Source of the DNA: Macrostomum lignano
Lineage: Eukaryota
DNA length: 34,421 nucleotides
Assembly: GCA_002269645.1 (NCBI GenBank)
Contig: NIVC01004815.1
Span: 1-34,421 of the forward strand
Reading direction: 5' to 3'
A program made the translations under genes and the position numbers. The stretch's first letter is position 1. Each line of letters starts with the position of its first letter. This document shows, one piece after another, positions 22,376 through 32,200 of this stretch. The notes below the pieces were generated by a model. The model searched no databases. It was given only the letters and a program-made list of their open reading frames with translations, and was not told the DNA's origin.

Positions 22376-24179
22376 AAAATACATGTGTAACATATGTACT
22401 TTTGCTATAGCCAATTACGCCTTATACTCTGATCTGAAAAAAACAGTGTGCAGTCCCTCTCTCTACGTAACAGTATCAAATAATTTTTCTATCAATCATC
22501 CTGCTGGAACGGCCATCACGTGTACGTGTATAAATTTATTTTTGTCGCCTACTAGCGATTGAAGATACATGTAAAAATTATGGGACTAGAGAGAAGGAAT
22601 TGAATACTTTATACATGCATATATGTATTTGCATGCAGCACAAATACGATATAGACGCTCATATAATGATCTACAGCACGTAGTACCTACTGTGCTTGTG
22701 CTTAGCTAAACTAGCTTCGAGCGTCGAGCGGTACAGTAAACAGAGAACTTCCGGAAGCATGACAGAGATCTACATGTACGCTCGTAGAAATGAAGAAACC
22801 TAATAAAAATCCAAATTTTCTAGTATGTGAAATAGACTCACTTTACAATTACAATAAATTAATTCACATTCTTTTGAGTCTATATTAGTCTAGGGATTTC
22901 AAACTTTCACGTGTTTGTGGGCCAGTGCAGAACCATCACCTGATCACCTGCACCTTCACGTAACAATAATTGTCTATACGAGCCTTAAAATACGCCATAT
23001 ATGTAAACATTTCAAAATTTAGACGATGAAACTGCATGTATTATGTAATAACATATTGTTATTGATATTATACTATTTATTAATAGCTGCATTAATTGCC
23101 TACATTCGTTATTGCTTCTTGCTTCTTACATTTATCCAAATCCTAAAGTAAATAAGGGGGGAAGCTAGCTGTTACCATGGATAGCATGATGTACAAGAAA
23201 TGCATATGAATACTTGTTTTATAACTAAAAAAATTTGATTATCATATTTTATATTTAATAAAAAAGCTGACTTTGACGTCTATTTTGTTTTAGTTTAAGA
23301 CTTTTTTAAAATTAGTTAAATATATGCACGTGACTGTACAGCGACAAGCCGAATTGTTCCTCTTATAATAATACTATAGGGCCTACATCTTTACAGTCAA
23401 ATGCATGTCATTACGTACGATGCAGACAAGTAGTTTAGTCTACATAGTGGAAAATATATATAGTAAAGGCTTCGTTGTGTTCGTAGATTTTGTTGTATAT
23501 TTATTTATTTAATGCGTCGAGAGTAACCTGTAACCTTCCTCCTAGGCCTAGATAGCCTATTCTCAACTTTTGTCATGTTAGTAGGCCTAGTTATTGCCCT
23601 AGAGCTTTTAGTAGACCTAGCTCTGGACGAACCCAGCCCTAGTTCGCTTGTGACTAAAACCTATTAAGGACGAATGAGTATCGCATAAGTAGGCCTAGTA
23701 TAGTAGGCCATAGGGCCTACTCACAGGTCACAGACTCACAGCCAGTCAAAGGCGAGTCACAGTAGGCCTAGGCCCTATGCTTTTTTGCTTTAGACAACAA
23801 ACAGAATAGTAAGAAAAGGCAATAATTTAATGGTCTTGGTGTGCTTTTATTGGCCTGGCACTTCTTTAAGTCTGACAAATATTAATATGTGCTTTTATAT
23901 AGGCCCTACATTATCCTTATGGTTATGTTGACTTTATTTAAGAATTAGGCCTATTTATTTGTCTATCCATTAACATTTCTAGTCTACAAAATGACCAAGT
24001 AATAAATAGGTAATAAGGCCTAGAGCAGAGAAATTAAAACATTGATTAAGCTTAATGTTTAAAATAATAAAAAATGTCAATTCTAGTCTAAAACTAGAAG
24101 CTTAAAACTTTAACTTAAAAAAGTCGCAATGATTTTGTTAATTTTTTTTAACTTTACCTTTAGGCCCTAGTCTAGTCAA

Positions 24180-24217
24180 GTATACTATACTAGACTATAC
24201 TATACTATACTATACTA
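24180..24217. repeat. (TATAC)n pentanucleotide microsatellite
   Basis: Short tandem run with one interruption. Confidence 0.8.
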
Positions 24218-24563
24218 GGGCCCTAGGCCCTAAGTTATAAATTTTAATCTTTCCAGTTTTTAAGCTTGTAACATAGCATTTAAACAAATGTTTGTTCAGT
24301 TTATACATATAAATTTTCCACTATAGATAGGCCCTGGCCCTAGTATAGGCAAGGATAAAAAGCAACCAAATTATCTGCCAAAAATATTCTTTACGTAATA
24401 CAGAAAGGTATTTATTGTCACAATGCAAAAATATCATTTATTGTTACAACACTAGCATAGATTTCAGAGTAGGCATGCACTAAATTTTTTTTATATGCAT
24501 TTGTAACTATTCAGTTTTTGTTTACGTATGCACTAAGTATTCTAGACTATAGGGCTAAGTAAA

Positions 24564-24925
24564 GGGGCCGTAGCCCAGCGGTAGCGCAGCTGCTCTGGTA
24601 TGCCAGCGACCCAGGCTCAATTCCAAGTGCAGTCACATTAATTTGGGTCTGAATTGGAATCTCGGCTTGGCTCTGCTCGTGCAATTAACAGCCTTGAGAG
24701 CCAACCCCCCCAAGGCGCAGTGAAGTGTACATGCCTAATGATAATATAAAGTTAGGGCCGCTGTATACTCCTGTGTGAGTGTGTGCCTGTGTACGTATCC
24801 GCGCGCTTGTGTGCCTACTCAGGGAGTCGGCGGAATGGGCAGCAATGCCTCTCGCCGGTTGTGTGCCCATGTTGCTTAAAGTGCGCCAGGATGCACACAA
24901 CCCCCCTGCCTCTAATAAAAAAAAA
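24564..24925 (+). mobile_element. tRNA-derived SINE, copy B (full length)
   Basis: Head GGGGCCGTAGCCCAGCGG...GGCTCAATTCC, body collinear with copy A, tail TAATAAAAAAAAAA, perfect 13-bp TSD ATAGGGCTAAGTA (24549-61, 24926-38). Confidence 0.92.
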
Positions 24926-24936
24926 ATAGGGCTAAG

Positions 24937-25418
24937 TAGTGTTCCGCCGCCGCGAGTTTTGACCTCCGTAACCGTAACCGTAGCCGTAAGAAAGAAGCAA
25001 CTTCCGTAGCCGAATTTTGCCGTCATTATGGGCTAAAAAAGTCCATAACCGTAATTTGCCGTAACCGTAGCCGTAATTTTTGAGAAAATTCGTGAAAAAA
25101 TTCGTTTTTCATTTTCAAGAAGTTTCGTAGATATTTAGAAACTTAACAAATGTAAAAAATAATAATAACTAGTAAAACAAAATGAAAACTGGTTGAAGTT
25201 GATATAAAAAAATTCTTTTATAACACTAAACAGTTAAAAATAAATAATTTTTGTTACGGCTACCAATTATGGCAAGTCTAGAAAAATCTCCGTAATCCGT
25301 AACTGTAACCGTAAGCTCAAAATATGTCCGTAACCATAATCCGTAATGAAAATATGGCTTCAAAAGTGTCGTAGCCGTAATTTGCCGTAGCCGTAGCCAT
25401 AATTACGGCGGAACACTA
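24937..25418. mobile_element. hAT-superfamily MITE
   Basis: Perfect 13-bp TIRs TAGTGTTCCGCCG / CGGCGGAACACTA, perfect 8-bp TSD GGGCTAAG (24929-36, 25419-26), many CCGTA(A/G) subterminal motifs. Confidence 0.92.
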
Positions 25419-25986
25419 GGGCTAAGGCCTATATTAAAAAATTTTTTTATTTTTTATGTTGGCCTATATGCTAGACTTTCTAAACTAACATTGTACATTT
25501 AAATTAATAATTTTTGGTAACAGAATATCTTAATGACAATTGTTTTAGTAATAAGCAAAAGTCATTTTCTTGTCTTTTAAAGAAGACCTTTTGATGATAG
25601 CTATTGTAGCTTTTAGCATAAAATTATCCTGTATTTTAAGGTAAATAAAGCCTAAAAGTTTAGATTGTTATAAAATAGTAAAGTATTGATTTACTAAATT
25701 TTTGTTTATTGACTTTATACAGTTGCAGTCTTTTCTATTTATTGTAACTTCTAAACCCCTATAGACTTATTGCTTTTCTCATTTCATAAGGATCCTCATA
25801 AACATAGAGCCTTAAGTCTAGGTTTAAATGTCTCAATATTCTAGAAGAAATTGGGAACAATCTGCAAAAAATAAAACAATATGTTAATTCAAATCTTTCT
25901 TCAAAATAGGTCAACTCATTTTTCAATAAAAATTTTAAGATATATACAATATAGAAATAACTTCAAACTAATAATATGAAGTGCCT

Positions 25987-26201
25987 CCTATCACTAAAAT
26001 GACCAACTCACCAAATCTTCCATTTTTCACCAAAGGTGAAATGTGTCTATCATAGAAGCAACTTGTAAAATCAACTGGCACCTATACACTTAGTATAATA
26101 AATGAATATAAATAACAAATAGTCATTTAGGTAATAAAGTTGCTTTTATGACAAACACACTAAAAATGAATTATTTAGTTAATAGTCATTTTAGTAATAG
26201 G
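25987..26201. repeat. Small inverted-repeat element (possible old MITE)
   Basis: cctatcactaaaatgac (25987-26003) vs gtcattttagtaatagg (26185-26201), 16/17 complementary; partial internal copy near 26121; no TSD seen. Confidence 0.4.
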
Positions 26202-26978
26202 CATTTTATAATATTAGTTTATAGTTTTTTTGTTGATTTTTATATTTCATTTATTTCTAAAATTCCATTTAAATTGAAAAGATAAGTTTTCACTTTCAAT
26301 ATTTTTTTCTATAATAATTATTACCAAGGATCTTATAATTGGAATTCTAAAATTACTTTTGCTTGTTGCCAAAACAATTGTTAACAAAATGTCTTTTTAC
26401 CAAAATAACTGTAATCCCAAAAACTAGGAAGTGGTTGCCATCAATAAAAGTAGCTTTTCTTGATTAAAAACCAAGCTGAATGCATTTTTTAATGTTTAAA
26501 TTATTCAAAACATAAGCACAACAAAGAAAAACTTTTATTTTCTAGTTGTGACAAGATAAAAAATACAACTAAAGTTAACATGCACATCGTCAAGATTGTT
26601 GATTAACTCTACTTGTTTAAGTGTTAAATTGCATTAAATATTTTTTATTGCTCAAGCATTCCATTCATTATATTTATATGGATAAGAGCATAAATGATAA
26701 AGGAATGTTAATTATTTTTTATTATTTAGCAAGAAATATTACTATAAGTAATTTAATGTTGTTTATAAGTTGTTTATATAGTTTATTATAGTAATAATTA
26801 TTATTATTCATCTGGCTGCTAAGCCAGATGCTTAGCAGTGTAATTGGTAGGGTAGAGATGTTGGTATTTTTATTGATTTTGAGGTAAAATTACAGTGGAA
26901 TGTTAAAGTATATAATTGACCTTTTCCAGCCATTTTCATTGCAAAGTGAGGACGATTTTGTATGCTAGCAACTCAAAC

Positions 26979-28253
26979 ATGGACATATCTGATGACACAT
27001 CTCAGCACTGCTCCATGGAAATGGAGGTCTGCTGTCTCTCAGACGCTGATCAAGCGATTGCACCAACAGAGGCTACAGAGGCATCAGCGGCAGCTGTAGG
27101 TGTTGCAGACGATGCGGCAACACCGCCTCAGCAGCTGGACTCTCAATACCTGTTGCATCATCCGGCCCTGTCGACACCGCTGGGACTTCGGTATCGCCAA
27201 GTTCGACAAGCTCGAATACCATCGCTTGTTAGCGAGGCTGCTGGCGTCAAGCCCCAGCATCAGCAGGCAGTGGCTGCTGCCAACAATCCTGTCGGTTTGT
27301 CGACTCCGTCTCCAACAACGCCTCCATCGTCTGTTAGCAGTGGCTCCTTGCTTGGCATCGGAGCGGCTGGCGGAGCCGGAGACTGCAGCGTGGGAGGCAG
27401 CAGCGGCAGCAGCGACCTGCCGGTGGTTCGCGAACAGGCCAACCAGTTCTTTAGAATTGTCGCCGAGGAGCGAAATATGCTGTCCAGACGGTTGCGTCGA
27501 TTTAGTAATAACCAGCTGCAGACGGCGCCAGCTAAGATGCTCATGCTTGGCTACTCAAAGCAGCAACAGCAGCAGCAGCAAACTGGAAGCAACAATCTGG
27601 CCGTTAATCGAGTTTTAACATTCGACGAAGATGACGAGCAACAAAGCGAAAATAACAATAGCAAAGCTGTTGCCGCTGCCGCCCCCGCTAATCCGGTCGA
27701 CCCCGACGCTCTGCTGATGCCGCCGCCGAAGTATCTGATGACGCGTAGTCATGCTCAGCAGGCCCAGCATCACCAGCAAGTGGCGCCATCGCAGCAGCAT
27801 CATCCCTCCCCAGCTACAATGCACCAGTCTGCTTCCGATCAGTTGTTGCAGACATTGCGAGCTGCTCAGCTCCGAATGTACAGACAGTCAGGCGTGCTGA
27901 GCCGCCTGTCCGGTTCCAACATCAACCGCTGCACTCCGGACGGCCGACGCCGGCTGAGCTGCGGCAATCCGTCGGCCTCCGTTAGTAGCAGTTCGAACTC
28001 CGTCGGCGCCAGCAACAGCGGCTCCGGCTGGGGTCGAGTGGTGGACGAGCGACTGTTGAATTCGGACCGTCTGTCGAAGGAATTCGACTTGACTGACCTG
28101 GCCAACACGAGGCAGCTGGCCAGCGGCTCCTTTGGCTACGTGTTCTCCGCTATCAACCGGCTGGATGGCTGCATCTACTGCATCAAAACTGCTCAAACTA
28201 GGAAGCATAGAGATGGCCCGACCGCGTCTGCGCAGACTCGAGAAGGAATTCAG
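26979..28253 (+). CDS. wee1: Wee1-family kinase, exon 1 (low-complexity regulatory N-terminus + kinase subdomains I-II)
   Basis: ATG 26979. SDRLSKEF..LASGSFGYVFSAINRLDGCIYCIK matches Wee1 SRYxxEF..IGSGEFGSVFKCVKRLDGCIYAIK. Donor CAG|GTGAGG at 28253/54 (phase 0). Confidence 0.93.
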
Positions 28254-28319
28254 GTGAGGATTTGTCATTGTTTGTCAATTCTTATTGTTATTAGTGCCAG
28301 GGGATTTTGTTTTGTGGTT

Positions 28320-28531
28320 ATTTAGAGAAACGGAGCTGTGTGCACACTGGCACACTTTAGGCGACCATTCCGCCGACTCCCCTGAGCAGGCACACACTCA
28401 CATAGGAGTGTACAGCGGCCCTAACTTTATTTATCGTTATAGGCATGTACACTTCAGTGTGAATTGGGAGTTGCCCATCAAGGCCGTTAATTAATGTGAC
28501 ATCAAAGCTCCATGCTTGACCACTGGGCTAC
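28320..28531 (-). mobile_element. tRNA-SINE copy C, internally deleted, antisense in the Wee1 intron
   Basis: Blocks collinear with copies A/B from tail (tttagagaaacggagctgtgtgcac) to head (gaccactgggctac), with four deletions. Confidence 0.85.
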
Positions 28532-28593
28532 TATTGATTTAATTTGTATTTTCGATACATATCGGTATATAATTCACATACGCATATCCGCAG

Positions 28594-29340
28594 GAGCTGT
28601 GGGCCATGGCCAGTCTCAGCGAGCACCATCCCAATATTGTGTCCTACTACGGCTGCTGGGTCCAGTTCGACCGGCTGTACATCCAGCTGGAGTTCTGCAA
28701 CGGCCTCTGTCTGGCCTCCTACCTGGCAGACGAGCAGCTCACCAGCCTGTCAGCGCCTCAGCAGCGTCGCCACCTGCCGCCTCATCGCCAGCGTCAATTA
28801 GGCTTGGAAATTGGCAGCGCCCTAGAGTTTATGCACTCCGAGGGCTTGGCGCATCTGGACTGCAGCACTGGCAATATCTTGTTGAAGGCGCCGCGCGCCA
28901 GCCTGCCGCCGAGTCTGGCGCCGTTAGCGAGGCGCGCCTCCCTAGCCAGGCTGGCCGCATCGCGAGTTGACCGACTGATTTTCAAGCTGGGCGATTTCGG
29001 ACACGCCCGAGACTGGCGCGATATTGACAATCTGGAGGATGGCGCTGGCCGGTTCATGCCGATGGACGCGCTGGACCTTCAGCGCCATCCGGATGCTCGT
29101 CTGGTTGACAATTACTCGCTTGGCCTGTGCCTGATCGAGGCGGCTGGGAGACGGATTCCAGCTTCCATGGATAGCGCCGAGGATGAGGCTGAGAAGCTGA
29201 GACTGCTGGAGAGTGGACTCATCGATAAGCCGCAGGCGATGCTGGATTCCATGTACAATTTGGTGCTGCGGTTGATTAGGCCTGATCCTGAGCAGCGCTT
29301 GAGTCTGGACTGCCTGCTCAGAAGTTTGTCCTCTCTTTGA
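28594..29340 (+). CDS. wee1: Wee1-family kinase, exon 2 (subdomains III-XI)
   Basis: Acceptor atatccgcag|GAG (phase 0). [37 protein letters not shown] matches Wee1 [51 protein letters not shown] (Wee1 EEGDSRF); stop TGA at 29338-40. Confidence 0.95.
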   Translation, partial: [248 protein letters not shown]

Positions 29341-29393
29341 CACCAGCTGTACCTTTTAAATTAGCGGTTACTCATGCTTTTGCAGACTGTTGC

Positions 29394-30560
29394 GTGAGAT
29401 TCTTATGTTTGTAGTTTTTATGGGTGAGATTCTGGTGTCTAATGGGTGAGATTCTAGTGTCTGATAGGTGAGATTCTTAGTGTCTAATTAATGAGATTCT
29501 TAGTGTCTAATGGGTGAGATTCTTAGTGTCTAATGGGTGAGATTCTAGTGTCTGATAGGTGAGATTCTAGTGACTAGTAGGTGAGATTCTAGTGTCTAAT
29601 TAATGAGATTCTTAGTGTCTAATTAATGAGATTCTTAGTGTCTAATGGGTGAGATTCCGGTGTCTAATGGGTGAGATTCTAGAGTCTAATGAGTGAGATT
29701 CCATTTGTCTACTGGGTGAGATTCTAGTGTCTATGCCTAATAGGTGAGATTCCATTTGTCTACTGGGTGAGATTCTAGTGTCTATGCCTAATAGGTGAGA
29801 TTCCATTTGTCTAATGGGTGAGATTCTAGTGTCTATGCCTAATAGGTGAGATTCCATTTGTCTAATGGGTGAGATTCCATTTGTCTAATGAGTGAGATTC
29901 AAGGTACTAATGGGTGAGATTATAGTGTCTAATTGGTGAGATTCTTAGTGTCTAATTGGTGAGATTCTTAGTGTCTAATTGGTGAGATTCTTAGTGTCTA
30001 ATTGGTGAGATTCTTAGTGTCTAATTGGTGAGATTCTTAGTGTCTAATTGGTGAGATTCTTAGTGTCTAATTGGTGAGATTCTTAGTGTCTAATTGGTGA
30101 GATTCTTAGTGTCTAATTGGTGAGATTCTTAGTGTCTAATTGGTGAGATTCTTAGTGTCTAATTGGTGAGATTCTTAGTGTCTAATTGGTGAGATTCTTA
30201 GTGTCTAATTGGTGAGATTCTTAGTGTCTAATTGGTGAGATTCTTAGTGTCTAATTGGTGAGATTCTAGTGTCTAATTGGTGAGATTCTTAGTGTCTAAT
30301 TGGTGAGATTCTTAGTGTCTAATTGGTGAGATTCTTAGTGTCTAATTGGTGAGATTCTTAGTGTCTAATTGGTGAGATTCTTAGTGTCTAATTGGTGAGA
30401 TTCTTAGTGTCTAATTGGTGAGATTCTAGTGTCTAATTGGTGAGATTCTTAGTGTCTAATAGGTGAGATTCCATTTGTCTAATGGGTGAGATTTAAGGTT
30501 CTAATGGGTGAGATTCAAGGTTCTAATGGTTGAGATTCTACTGTCTAATGGGTGAGATTG
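29394..30560. repeat. 23-bp minisatellite (AATTGGTGAGATTCTTAGTGTCT)n with degenerate flanks
   Basis: Homogeneous core ~29930-30460, diverged units at both edges; begins ~53 bp after the kinase stop. Confidence 0.97.
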
Positions 30561-31184
30561 TGGTGTTTTGTAGCTGAATAAGACTCACTGTCTATTGCTA
30601 GAGATTTTGGTCCGCAATAGTCTGGTATATGCTGGTAGTCTTCAGTGTGTAAAAATTCAATGCCTTGTGCAGTGTCTGGTGCATTTCCTATGTCTGAACA
30701 GGCTAACTGCAAATTTGTGCTCCAATAGATTATTCTTGCTCAAGTTTACATAAAAATTTTTTTTGCATTTCTTTAATACAGCTATCTTATTGAACTTGCA
30801 AGTTTAGTATAATGATTTGATGCTAATTACTATAGTCTAAGTCAGTTAAGTCATCAGAGCATTTCTTGCGTGACAAGACCTAACAGCTTAAGTGTAAAAT
30901 ATTCAGTAACTATAATTAGTACGCATATATGCTGTGTTTTTCCCTAGTTTAAATACAGAAATTACAAACGCCGGCCAATAAATATAAAAGTGCATTGAAC
31001 CTTTATTTGCTTCCGTTTTGTGGTGGCAGTGCTAGAATCAAATTATAAACAATTTTGGACTGTCTGGTTGTTTTAATGCTTCATGTTCTACGAAGTACCT
31101 TGCACATATGGAATTGAAAGACAAACAGACAATAACAGACATGAGGACAAATAGGCGACAGACAGGTAGAGAAAAGTACCTGTC

Positions 31185-31760
31185 ACATAGATAAGTAGAT
31201 ACAGAGAGGTAGAGACATAGACAGAAAGGTAGATACAGAGAGGTAGAGACAGACAGAGATGTAGAGACATAGACAGAGAGGTAGAGACAGACAGAGAGGT
31301 AGAGACATAGACAGAGAGGTAGAGACATAGACAGAGAGGTAGAGACATAGACAGAGAGGTAGAGACATAGACAGAGAGGTGGAGACATAGACAGAGAGGT
31401 AGAGACATAGACAGAGAGGTAGAGACATAGACAGAGAGGTAGAGACATAGACAGAGAGGTAGAGACATAGACAGAGAGATAGAGACATAGACAGAGAGGT
31501 AGAGACATAGACAGAGAGGTAGAGACATAGACAGAGAGGTAGAGACATAGACAGAGAGGTGGAGACATAGACAGAGAGGTAGAGACAGACAGAGATGTAG
31601 AGACATAGACGGAAAGGTAGATACAGATAGACAGAGGTAGAGACATAGACAGAGAAGTAGGGACGGATAGACAGAGAGGTAGAGATGGACAGAGAGGTAG
31701 ATACAGACAGAAGTAGAGACATGGAGAGGTAGGGACAGGTAGACAGATACAGATAGACCA
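31185..31760. repeat. 18-bp purine-rich minisatellite (AGACATAGACAGAGAGGT)n
   Basis: Tandem units with degenerate edges. Confidence 0.95.
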
Positions 31761-32200
31761 TAGATGCTATGCAAAAAAATTGGAATAGCAAAACCGATTT
31801 CGACAATGTTGGTCTCGTTTTAATGCTGAATAACGTAGGCGGAAAGGTTCCCGAAAACTTCGAAATGTTTTGATGCAGAAAGCCCCTATTTTCCAACAGA
31901 TTTAGAAGAAACTGATGGAATCAATGAAGGCCAATCGAGAATCAAGTTCCGTCTTTTTCTGTTTCGTCTCCATTTCAGCCTCCATGTGTTCCCTGGTTAA
32001 TTGTGGCATAAGTATAAGTTCTTTCCGCTTTTTCTCTCTTCTGGGCCGAATTTCCCGGCTCAGAGGCGAGAGCTTAATTGTTACTTGGCCGGGCTATTGC
32101 TAATTATAGAACTCCTTGGCCTATAGGCGAGCTCGAAGCCAGGGACTTTGGGCCATAGAAAGAAACGGAAAGAATATACTTCTTCCCCACTCGGCTGGGC

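Noticed and set aside
27260-29343. Antisense and alternate-frame ORFs over the kinase and channel exons
   Set aside because: Shadow ORFs typical of GC-rich coding sequence, with no independent features.
29394-30560. CRISPR-like regular repeats (also 4110-5032 and 15931-17032)
   Set aside because: Head-to-tail units with no unique spacers, no cas genes, eukaryotic context.
31790-32100. Minus-strand RLAFIDSISFF resembling the protein-primed PolB (Polinton) FIDS motif
   Set aside because: Single short motif with a stop immediately after and no other polymerase motifs.
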